From positions 39,804,001-39,868,000 of the forward strand of contig OZ024748.1 in the NCBI GenBank assembly GCA_964016885.1: a stretch of DNA of 64,000 bases, written 5' to 3'. Shown here piece after piece: positions 10,287-22,706 of this stretch. The position numbers were made by a program, and so were the translations under genes. Position 1 is the stretch's first letter, and each line of letters begins with the position of its first letter. The DNA comes from Eledone cirrhosa (lineage: Eukaryota). The notes beneath the pieces were generated by a model. That model worked only from the letters and a program-made list of their open reading frames with translations. It did not search any database and was not told the DNA's origin.

Positions 10287-13200
10287 AACATACTGACTAT
10301 GTTAAGACATCACAACATACTGACTGTGTTAAGACATCACAACATACTGACTGTGTTCAGACATCACAACATACTGACTATGTTCAGACATCACAACATA
10401 CTGACTGTGTTAAGACATCACAACATACTGACTATGTTAAGACATCACAACATACTGACTGTGTTAAGACATCACAACATACTGACTGTGTTCAGACATC
10501 ACAACATACTGACTGTGTTAAGACATCACAACATACTGACTGTGTTAAGACATCACAACATACTGACTGTGTTAAGACATCACAACATACTGACTGTGTT
10601 AAGACATCACAACATACTGACTGTGTTAAGACATCACAACATACTGACTATGTTAAGACATCACAACATACTGACTGTGTTCAGACATCACAACATACTG
10701 ACTGTGTTAAGACATCACAACATACTGACTATGTTAAGACATCACAACATACTGACTGTGTTCAGACATCACAACATACTGACTGTGTTCAGACATCACA
10801 ACATACTGACTGTGTTAAGACATCACAAGATACTGGCTGTTAAGACATCACAAGATACTGGCTGTTAAGACATTACAACATACTGACTGTGTTAAGACAT
10901 CACAATATACTGACTGTGTTAAGACATCACAACATACTGACTATGTTCAGACATCACAACATACTGACTGTGTTAAGACATCACAACATACTGACTGTGT
11001 TCAGACATCACAACATACTGACTGTGTTAAGAAATCACAACATACTGACTGTGTTAAGACATCACAACATACTGACTGTGTTCAGACATCACAACATACT
11101 GACTATGTTCAGACATCACAACATACTGACTGTGTTAAGACATCACAACATACTGACTGTGTTAAGACATCACAACATACTGACTGTGTTCAGACATCAC
11201 AACATACTGACTATGTTCAGACATCACAACATACTGACTGTGTTCAGACATCACAACATACTGACTGTGTTAAGACATCACAACATACTGACTGTGTTAA
11301 AACATCACAACATACTGACTGTGTTAAGACATCACAACATACTGACTGTGTTAAGACATCACAACATACTGACTGTGTTAAAACATCACAACATACTGAC
11401 TGTGTTAAGATATCACAACATACTGACTGTGTTCAGACATCACAACATACTGACTGTGTTAAGACATCACAACATACTGACTGTGTTAAAACATCACAAC
11501 ATACTGACTGTGTTAAGACATCACAACATACTGACTGTGTTAAGACATCACAACATACTGACTATGTTCAGACATCACAACATACTGACTGTGTTAAGAC
11601 ATCACAACATACTGACTGTGTTAAAACATCACAACATACTGACTGTGTTAAGACATCACAACATACTGATTATGTTCAGACATCACAACATACTGACTGT
11701 GTTAAGACATCACAACATACTGACTGTGTTAAGACATCACAACATACTGACTGTGTTAAGACATCACAACATACTGACTATGTTCAGACATCACAACATA
11801 CTGGCTGTGTTAAGACATCACAACATACTGACTGTGTTAAGACATCACAACATACTGACTGTGTTAAGACATCACAAGATACTGGCTGTGTTAAGACATC
11901 ACAAGATACTGGCTGTTAAGACATCACAACATACTGACTGTGTTAAGACATCACAACATACTGACTGTGTTAAGACATCACAACATACTGACTGTGTTAA
12001 GACATCACAACATACTGACTGTGTTAAGACATCACAACATACTGACTGTGTTAAAACATCACAACATACTGACTGTGTTAAGACATCACAACATACTGAC
12101 TATGTTCAGACATCACAACATACTGACTGTGTTAAGACATCACAACATACTGACTGTGTTCAGACATCACAACATACTGACTGTGTTAAGACATCACAAC
12201 ATACTGACTGTGTTCAGACATCACAACATACTGACTGTGTTAAAACATCACAACATACTGACTGTGTTCAGACATCACAACATACTGACTGTGTTAAAAC
12301 ATCACAACATACTGACTGTGTTCAGACATCACAACATACTGACTGTGTTAAGACATCACAACATACTGACTATGTTCAGACATCACAACATACTGACTGT
12401 GTTAAAACATCACAACATACTGACTGTGTTAAGACATCACAACATACTGACTATGTTCAGACATCACAACATACTGACTGTGTTAAAACATCACAACATA
12501 CTGACTGTGTTAAGACATCACAACATACTGACTATGTTCAGACATCACAACATACTGACTGTGTTAAAACATCACAACATACTGACTGTGTTAAGACATC
12601 ACAACATACTGACTATGTTAAGACATCACAACATACTGACTATGTTCAGACATCACAACATACTGACTGTGTTAAGACATCACAACATACTGACTGTGTT
12701 AAGACATCACAACATACTGACTGTGTTCAAACATCACAACATACTGACTGTGTTAAAACATCACAACATACTGACTGTGTTAAGACATCACAACATACTG
12801 ACTATGTTCAGACATCACAACATACTGACTGTGTTAAAACATCACAACATACTGACTGTGTTAAGACATCACAACATACTGACTATGTTCAGACATCACA
12901 ACATACTGACTGTGTTAAAACATCACAACATACTGACTGTGTTAAGACATCACAACATACTGACTGTGTTAAGACATCACAACATACTGACTATGTTCAG
13001 ACATCACAACATACTGACTGTGTTAAGACATCACAACATACTGACTATGTTCAGACATCACAACATACTGACTGTGTTAAAACATCACAACATACTGACT
13101 GTGTTAAGACATCACAACATACTGACTGTGTTAAGACATCACAACATACTGACTATGTTCAGACATCACAACATACTGACTGTGTTAAGACATCACAACA

Positions 13201-15702
13201 TACTGACTGTGTTCAGACATCACAACATACTGACTGTGTTCAGACATCACAACATACTGACTGTGTTAAAACATCACAACATACTGACTGTGTTAAGACA
13301 TCACAACATACTGACTGTGTTAAGACATCACAACATACTGACTGTGTTAAGACATCACAAGATACTGGCTGTGTTAAGACATCACAAGATACTGGCTGTT
13401 AAGACATCACAACATACTGACTGTGTTAAGACATCACAACATACTGGCTGTGTTAAGACATCACAACATACTGACTGTGTTAAGACATCACAACATACTG
13501 ACTGTGTTAAGACATCACAAGATACTGGCTGTGTTAAGACATCACAAGATACTGGCTGTTAAGACATCACAACATACTGGCTGTGTTAAGACATCACAAC
13601 ATACTGACTGTGTTAAGACATCACAACATACTGACTGTGTTAAGACATCACAAGATACTGGCTGTGTTAAGACATCACAAGATACTGACTATGTTCAGAC
13701 ATCACAACATACTGGCTGTGTTAAGACATCACAACATACTGACTGTGTTAAGACATCACAACATACTGACTGTGTTAAGACATCACAAGATACTGGCTGT
13801 GTTAAGACATCACAAGATACTGGCTGTTAAGACATCACAACATACTGACTGTGTTAAGACATCACAACATACTGACTGTGTTAAGACATCACAACATACT
13901 GACTGTGTTAAGACATCACAACATACTGACTGTGTTAAGACATCACAACATACTGACTGTGTTAAAACATCACAACATACTGACTGTGTTAAGACATCAC
14001 AACATACTGACTATGTTCAGACATCACAACATACTGACTGTGTTAAGACATCACAACATACTGACTGTGTTCAGACATCACAACATACTGACTGTGTTAA
14101 GACATCACAACATACTGACTGTGTTCAGACATCACAACATACTGACTGTGTTAAAACATCACAACATACTGACTGTGTTCAGACATCACAACATACTGAC
14201 TGTGTTAAAACATCACAACATACTGACTGTGTTCAGACATCACAACATACTGACTGTGTTAAGACATCACAACATACTGACTATGTTCAGACATCACAAC
14301 ATACTGACTGTGTTAAAACATCACAACATACTGACTGTGTTAAGACATCACAACATACTGACTATGTTCAGACATCACAACATACTGACTGTGTTAAAAC
14401 ATCACAACATACTGACTGTGTTAAGACATCACAACATACTGACTATGTTCAGACATCACAACATACTGACTGTGTTAAAACATCACAACATACTGACTGT
14501 GTTAAGACATCACAACATACTGACTATGTTAAGACATCACAACATACTGACTATGTTCAGACATCACAACATACTGACTGTGTTAAGACATCACAACATA
14601 CTGACTGTGTTAAGACATCACAACATACTGACTGTGTTCAAACATCACAACATACTGACTGTGTTAAAACATCACAACATACTGACTGTGTTAAGACATC
14701 ACAACATACTGACTATGTTCAGACATCACAACATACTGACTGTGTTAAAACATCACAACATACTGACTGTGTTAAGACATCACAACATACTGACTATGTT
14801 CAGACATCACAACATACTGACTGTGTTAAAACATCACAACATACTGACTGTGTTAAGACATCACAACATACTGACTGTGTTAAGACATCACAACATACTG
14901 ACTATGTTCAGACATCACAACATACTGACTGTGTTAAGACATCACAACATACTGACTATGTTCAGACATCACAACATACTGACTGTGTTAAAACATCACA
15001 ACATACTGACTGTGTTAAGACATCACAACATACTGACTGTGTTAAGACATCACAACATACTGACTATGTTCAGACATCACAACATACTGACTGTGTTAAG
15101 ACATCACAACATACTGACTGTGTTCAGACATCACAACATACTGACTGTGTTCAGACATCACAACATACTGACTGTGTTAAAACATCACAACATACTGACT
15201 GTGTTAAGACATCACAACATACTGACTGTGTTAAGACATCACAACATACTGACTATGTTCAGACATCACAACATACTGGCTGTGTTAAGACATCACAAGA
15301 TACTGGCTGTTAAGACATCACAAGATACTGGCTGTTCAGACATCACAACATACTGGCTGTGTTAAGACATCACAACATACTGGCGGTGTTAAGACATCAC
15401 AACGTTCTGACTGTGTTAAGACATCACAAGATACTGGCTGTGTTAAGACATCACAACGTACTGACTGTGTTAAGACATCACAAGATACTGGCTGTGTTAA
15501 GAAATCACAACATACTGACTGTGTTAAGACATCACAACATACTGGCTGTGTTAAGACATCACAAGATACTGGCTGTGTTAAGACATCACAACATACTGGC
15601 TGTGTTAAGACATCACAAGATATTGGCTGTGTTAAGACATCACAACATACTGACTGTGTTAAGACATCACAAGATACTGGCTGTTAAGACATCACAAGAT
15701 AC
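10287..15702. repeat. 27 bp minisatellite array (~200 units) with higher-order duplication
   Basis: GTTAAGACATCACAACATACTGACTGT units; the long ORFs here are artefacts of the repeat. Confidence 0.97.
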
Positions 15703-15980
15703 TATCAAAAGACACGTCAGGGTGAGTATCGAACCCAGGAAACTACGATCACTAATCAATCGGAATATTATATAAGCTATTATATAAACTGAATAACTTA
15801 GAAAAGTTATGCCAGAACAAGAGGTCAGATGTTGCGCTAATATCTTACATAATTACAGAGATTCTTTTTTACAACGTATTAATAAATGTGTTCCACACCT
15901 ATCCCTGTTTTTATATACCCTACACAGACACCTATATATTAGTGTGCGTAATGTATACGTATAATATAATATATACATAT

Positions 15981-16063
<83 letters not shown>

Positions 16064-16326
16064 ATCGCTGAAATACCAATGAATTGAAGATCATTGATGA
16101 AGGACTAATTTTATTCATATGTAACTCATGTGCGAATTTTATTCATATGTAACTCATATGCGAATTTTTAAAAATTAATTTTGAAACTTTTTCCTTATTT
16201 GCTAAACCTTGATTATATATGTTCTGGCTCGTTAATTTATTAACCTGCCATTGAACCACATTGGCATATGGTTAGACAATACATGTGTCCCTTAGCGCCT
16301 TGTGCGTGTAGGAACACATATCCTAT

Positions 16327-16391
<65 letters not shown>

Positions 16392-17103
16392 ATATATGTA
16401 TGTATATAGGTATAAGTACATAGGTTGGTGGTGGTGTTGTAAAGTGTGAAATCCCACAAAGGTGTCAAATCAAATAATACAGACAGTTACATAAATGTAA
16501 ACGAATAAAATAGGTGGAGAGGTGGGAAGAGAAAACTGACAGAGGAAATGGTTGAATGTACTAACATATTTAATTGGTTTGGGGTTCTTTAGAATCTTTA
16601 AACAAATGTAAATCTTTTACAATTGTTTATCAATTATATAACCCTATAGGATTGCCATATTGTGTCATAATTATAAAGTTGTTTGAGAATTACGCAGGGT
16701 TATATAACGATTGGGGAACAGTGTTGAAACATTAAGTAAGTTGTTCAGCCTGGGAGAGTGTTTAGATAAAGGTAGGTAGGTAGGTACGTATGTACGTATG
16801 TACGTATGTAGGTTGGTAGGCAAGGACATAGATAGATATATGGATGGATAGATAGGTAGATAGATAGATTTCTTTATTAGCCACAAGGGCGCAACAAGAA
16901 AAGGGGACAATACAAAGACATACCGGGGATTTTACATACACTTGTGTAAAAAATATAAAAACAAACAATTACAACAATCTAAATCCCCAATAGGGGGGAG
17001 GCGCCACAAATGGGTTGTTTAATACCCCGTCGATCGAACAACCCTCAACTCCAGGAGCGTGTTGTGCAAGTGCTCCTTTCTTCCTTTTGCTCTCTTCCTC
17101 AAC

Positions 17104-20100
17104 CTACAGGCTTATAAACAGAGAAGGCCCAATCACTCGGGCCATTTTCGCTTCATTCACCCACCTTTCAGTAAATTTACTGGGGTGCAGTGCCTCTCTT
17201 TCCACCCTGATTCTCCTTCTAAAGTGATACTTAAAGAAGGGAATCAATTGTTGTCCGGAGAGAAAGGCATCTGTCCTCAGTCCTCTCAACCTCGTCCACC
17301 ATATAACTTCTTTCACAATAACCACCGTACAGAGGAAAACCGCCTCTCTTTCGTTTTTGAAAGAGGCTGGCGGTTTGATCCTTACTATGGACTCGGCAGT
17401 CAACTGGATTTGTCCTATACGCGACAGCATTTGTTCTGCATAGTTCCACAGGTCGGTTACGCCCGGACAGTGTACAATTGCGTGCAGAACTGTTTCAATG
17501 TCCTGCGCACATCTTGGACACGTCCTCTTGGAAGGATCCTTGCCGGGGCGTCCGTGCCTGTAGATCTTGTCACGAACCGGTAGAGCTCCTCGGTAGCACT
17601 GCCAGGCCAGGGATCTCTGGAAGTTGTCCATAGGTCCCGGGCGGAAAGTCCTACCAAACAGACTGGTGAGCTCATCGTATTCGACGCCCAGAGTCTCTCC
17701 AAGCACGTCGTCGCCCTCGTAACGTACAATCCCTCTATAGAATGTCGAAGTGGAGTCTCCACTGATTGCTGCGCCCGCTTGCCAGAGGACTGTGAGCGCC
17801 TGAGCGCATTCAATGTGCCAGGCGCCCATCGTTTTCGGTCTTTTCTTCACCCAGGACTGCAGCTCCGTTAGCGAGACGAGCTGTGGGAAAGCCTGACTCA
17901 CAAACGGTTCCCACACCGGTTGTGGGTCGGTGAGGAATACCGGAGATGCGGCAGCCTCAGAGCATGTTTGCGCATCATCAGCCACGGCATTCCCAGCCCT
18001 CTGTTGGAAGGGTGCTGACAGCAGACGGATCTCCTCACCAGCGGAGCCTGCTTCTTCCACAGAAACTGGAAGAGCATGCGTACCATCTTGGCGAGGTGTT
18101 CACGGGGACAAGGCACGACAGTCAAGCGGTAGTAGATGACGGACGCTATGAAAGTGTTCGCCACCTCCGCTCGACCTTTCAAGGACAGTTTGCACTCTGC
18201 CCACTTCTGAGTGAGTGAAAACACCTTGGCCGTGACCTCGTTCCAGTTTTTCTCCACCTGGAGGTCTGGACCGAACCAGACCCCGAACAATTTCACCGGT
18301 CCGTCCGTCCAGTGTCCAACGACGCTGTCGGATGTCATCGGTTTGCCTCTCCACGTACCGAGTTGCAAACCGACAGACTTGTCTGGGTTTAGTTTTGCTC
18401 CCGTCAGCGTTTCGTATTCTTTCAGTAAGTTGCCGATCACCCCGATTTCCGAGGTGCTCGACACCATTACCGTTACGTCGTCGGCATAAGCCGACGCCGC
18501 TTTGCGCAGTCCCGGTTCTAGGGGATGCCCTGCAACAGCTCCAATTTCCGCAGTAGTGGCTTTAGAGTCAATACATACAGAATGGAGGGGAGAGGGCATC
18601 CCTGTCGAATGGAACGCGTGATTGCGAACGGCTCCGATAGGTAGCCGTTCACCTTGACCCTCGAGCAGATGCTGGTGTGCATCGCCTCGATCCATCCTCT
18701 GAACACGGGACCGAAACCGGCCGCCTTGAGAACCACTGGTCGACCCTATCGAATGCCTTAGACTGATCCAAGTTGATCAGAGCCCCCACCGAAGCCGGAT
18801 TTACTACCCACCCTCTCTATGATGTATCGCATGAGGTGGAGGTTGTCGTGTATGGACCTGGTCGGGATTGCACACGTTTGCGCTTTCCCTACCAGGTTCT
18901 CGACGACAAGCGCCAACCTCGTCGCTAGCACCTTGGCCAAAATCTTTAACTCTGTGTTGAGCAGAGTTATGGGCCTGAAGTTGTTAATTTCGTCCCCCTT
19001 GTTCTCGTCTTTCCTAATCAGCGTTACTACGCCCTTGCATGCAGAACTGGGAATTCTCCCGTTCTGCTGCCAATTGCAGTAGACGGCTTCGAGGACGCCA
19101 GAAAACAAGTCCGACATGCCTATGTAAAATTCGTAGGGTTGACCATCTAGACCGGGTGACTTGCGTTTCCCGCAGCGGCCCAGAGCGACCCGTATCTCAG
19201 TGTCCGTGATCGGTCTTTCGCAGAACTCGGCGTCCGTGTTCGAGAGACGCGGCAGGCCGTCGAGGTATGAACTAAAGTCCATTGCCCCGTTCAGCTCACC
19301 GTCGTTCTGCTCAAACAGTCACGCAAAGTGCCGCTGAAAGGCCGCGCACATTTGCTTGGGGTCAAGTAGCACGCGTCCGTTTTGGTCTTTCAAAGACCGA
19401 ATCGTGGACTTGTTGCCACTTTTTGCCTCCGCCACTCGGGCCCAGCTGACAGCTTTCGCTCCTTCGTTTCCTAGAGCACGTGTTTTGCTTCTGACCACGC
19501 AGCCTTCGTGTTTCGCATCGAAGAACTGGTCCAGTGCCGTTCTCGACGCTAACACTCTAGCCGCGTTGCCACTTCTAAGTGCCTCCTCTACCTTGGCTAC
19601 TAGTTCTCTTTCTATTCTGTTTTTCTCTAAGGCTATCTCTCTGCTATACCCTATCGATTCTATTCTAATTGCTTTCTTGAGAGAGTACCACCATCTATTG
19701 TTGACGATGGCTCCCGTTAACTGTTGCTTGACTAGTCTACTTATCCGTTCACTGTAAGCTTTACGTGCCGGCAACGACATGTTCAGCTTCCAGTATCCGG
19801 GACCCTGTCTATGTATTCTATCACGGTTGACTAAGCAGACGACTAACGTGTGATCTGAATAGGCAACCATGTGCATTCGTGGAGAGCTTAACATCTCCTT
19901 GTCCCTTTCTCTAATGAAGAACCTATCTAAATACGATCTAGATGTCCCACTGCGGTTTACCCACGTCCACTGTGGTGCAGTCGGGAAATCCAGTCGATAC
20001 CTATCGGCCAGTTGGAATTGGCCGATTAAAGTTTTGAGGCTGTTGCACCCGCTCTACTGGGACATGCTCCCACATAGTCCCATCGTGCATCTAGGATACC

Positions 20101-20533
20101 ATTCCAGTCCCCCACTAAAATTAAGGAGCGAGACGTTCCCAGAAAAGACTAGACGCTTAAAGAAGTCTGGCCGTGATTGCGATTTCCCGGTCGGGGCATA
20201 AACGGCCACCAGTCTGAAGGCTCCACCTCCGATACTGTTCACGTCTAGGACTACCAGTCTACCCTCCGGGTCCAAGTGTACTTGCTGTACTCCGACGTCC
20301 AGGTTCTTCCGAAACATAACAGCCACTCCACCTCCACCTCCTAGCTGACAGAGAGATGCGTAGATCTCAAAGTCGTCGAAGATGGGGGTTAGTTGTTGCC
20401 TGTTGTGGATCCTGGACTCGGTGATGGCTATCACATCCATACTGTGTGACCTAAGGTCGTTTAAAAGTTGGCCCTGTTTCCAGGGCATCCCTAGGCCACG
20501 CACATTCACGGTTCCAACTCGTAAACCAGCCAT
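17104..20533 (-). pseudogene. Tx1/L1 ORF2 (APE endonuclease-reverse transcriptase), disrupted
   Basis: Six consecutive minus-strand ORF pieces carrying the APE, RT and zinc motifs. Confidence 0.88.
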
Positions 20534-21167
20534 GTTGGTGAAGAAAAGTTGGAGAAAAAGGACGAAATGTGCACTTACCTTTTCGTTTCCTGGAGATCGG
20601 GTTGTTCAATCTCCATTTGGGTGCTGGATGGGGTGTTGGGTGGGGTGGGGGACACATTTTAACAGGACGCGGTTGATGGGTTTGTGGCAGGGGTTGCCCA
20701 CCTCCTGTGAAAATTTAATTTTTAGGTCTTTATAGGTTTCCATAGAAACCCTTATAAGTTTAAGGTGTGGAGACGATTCTGCCTTGACGAAAGTTTTGAC
20801 CTCCGTCTCCACCTTGGGGTTTGGGGAGATGACCTCCATCAAACTCTTGTTGTTTGTGTTGATGTATGCGTATTGTTGTTTGTGTTTTTGTTGTGTTGTT
20901 TTAGTTTGTTGTTCATCCGGGAGTTTTCTTTTTATGGTGGGTGCTTGTGTTTGGGGTGGTGTTGGTGCTGGTTTTGCTGATAGGGGGATGTTTGACTGTG
21001 GTGTTGTTTGTGTTGTTGTTTGTGTCTGTGGCTGTGTGTTGGTGTTGGTGATTGGAGTTTTTAGGGTTTTGTGGTGTCTCCTTTTTTGTTGTTTAGATTT
21101 CCGCGGTTCTCCCTCTTCTTCACTTAAAGAAGGAGAAGCAGCTTCATCCGTCGATGAATAATAATCG

Positions 21168-22472
21168 TCAGGTGTGTGGGGTAAGGGTATGTTGTGTGCT
21201 GGTGGTGTTTCGGTATGTGTGTTTGTGGTAGTGTTTGATGGAGTGTGATGGAGTGGGGATGTGTTCTTCAGGGGTGTTGTCTCTGTTTTTTTCTGTTGTT
21301 GTTGGTTGAGTGTCTGTTTGTTTTGGTGTGGTTGCTCGTTTCGTCTGTCGTTGTACTTGTGGTGGTGGTGGTTGTTTTGGTGTTGGTGTTGGTAATAGCG
21401 TTTTTTTTATGATGTTGTTGTTGTGTGTTTGTGGACAAGAGGCTTTTAGGTGAGCTGTGCTACCACAGCGAAAGCATTGAAATTTTCGTCCTTCTACCGA
21501 AATGTTTATTTTGTTGTTATTATCAATAACGACTCTTTCGGGTATTTTGGAGATTCTCTCCGGTTTCATTTGCAACAGAATCTCCAAATCTGTGTCCGCC
21601 CACCTTTGTCGAATAGATTTTCGTATTGAAAGTATCATATCTGTTTCTGGCTCTACGAAGCCAGCCAAGATCCACCAGATGTTAATGTTTGGAGGTATGT
21701 TTTTTTGTTTTTTTTGTGTCCTTTTCCCCATGTATGTAGGGAAAAAGGTGTATGCTTTTGACACCACTGGTGTCACAGAGTTTTTTTGGGCGAGTGCCTC
21801 GCTTTTAAACAGTACGGAAACACTTCCGTACTGTTTTCCTCGCTGGAGAAAATCGACATTTGCTAGAATTTCCTTGAAAGTATCTTCTATATCTGCTTGA
21901 TTAACAAATTTCGGCTTTCTTGTCGAATTTGAAAAAGTCCTAAAAGTGACTGATCTGCGGATTGTGTCTTCCTTTATTTCAAGGGGTGAGTTAATTCTAA
22001 ACCCACCTCTTTCTTCGAAAGTTACAAATTTTCTCCCTTGCTGGAACATATCTCTTGCGTTGGAGATATCAAGATTTATAAAATCTTGTTTTTTGTTCAC
22101 TGTTTCAGGGAAAGACATCTTCTTTTTTTGTGTGGTGTTACTGTTGATGTTGTTGTTATCGTTGTTGGAAATCTCAGTTCCTTGTCGAGGTGAAACTTTA
22201 TGTGTAGATGTATCTGTAGAGTTGTTGATGTCTTTTTCATGTGTATGTATGTCAATGGGTTTAATTGCTGTGTTTTCCTGTGTGTTATTGTTATTTTTCT
22301 CAGCTTCGACGGTGGAAATTTTAAAATTTTCAAGCGTTAAAATATTTTTCTCTTTGGTGACAGTTGTATCTATGGCGACGTCCATAGTAGCAGAAGCAGA
22401 TATAACGTTAATATCTGCCTCTTTCTCTCTCTTTTCTCTATTAACGTTGTCCAGCGTTCTTGTGTTGCTCAA
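21168..22472 (-). CDS. Tx1/L1 ORF1 (nucleic-acid-binding, zinc knuckle); continues out of frame toward ~20600
   Basis: CFRCGSTAHLKASC followed by a Pro/Thr-rich tail. Confidence 0.75.
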   Translation of the reverse strand: MSNTRTLDNVNREKREKEADINVISASATMDVAIDTTVTKEKNILTLENFKISTVEAEKNNNNTQENTAIKPIDIHTHEKDINNSTDTSTHKVSPRQGTEISNNDNNNINSNTTQKKKMSFPETVNKKQDFINLDISNARDMFQQGRKFVTFEERGGFRINSPLEIKEDTIRRSVTFRTFSNSTRKPKFVNQADIEDTFKEILANVDFLQRGKQYGSVSVLFKSEALAQKNSVTPVVSKAYTFFPTYMGKRTQKKQKNIPPNINIWWILAGFVEPETDMILSIRKSIRQRWADTDLEILLQMKPERISKIPERVVIDNNNKINISVEGRKFQCFRCGSTAHLKASCPQTHNNNIIKKTLLPTPTPKQPPPPQVQRQTKRATTPKQTDTQPTTTEKNRDNTPEEHIPTPSHSIKHYHKHTYRNTTSTQHTLTPHT

Positions 22473-22706
22473 GTTATTTACTTTGTAAAATCTGATATTT
22501 TAAAACAAATTTTTAAAATAAAATTTTCGCCCCTGCAAGGGCGAAAAATGGGATTGCCTCCCAGCTGACAATTCAGGTTGGGGGTTAATCTACAAAATAA
22601 TGTTTTTTCAAACAATTAGTTCGGTTTTTTGCATAGAAATTAACAAAAAAGCTTACCGGCGATGTTCCACACGTCAGACAGAAAGAGAGATAGGTAGATA
22701 GATATG

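Larger units (their letters stand above)
16868..22685 (-). mobile_element. Near full-length L1/Tx1-clade non-LTR retrotransposon (frameshifted)
   Basis: ORF1 with CCHC knuckle; ORF2 with APE (GTVNVRGL, ITES, VAVYAP, YSDH, GPGYWKLN), RT (KSPGLDG, FRPITLLN, IRQGCPL, YADD) and C-terminal CxxC..H..C; 3' AATAAA plus (TCTA)n tail. Confidence 0.92.

Noticed and set aside
10299-15775. Long ORFs (RHHNILTVL / TSQHTDCVK repeats) as proteins, or the array as a CRISPR
   Set aside because: They are translations of a 27 bp minisatellite, with overlapping frames and no unique spacers or cas genes.
16090-16195. TTGATGA...GAAAC hammerhead candidate
   Set aside because: No convincing stem I or stem III.
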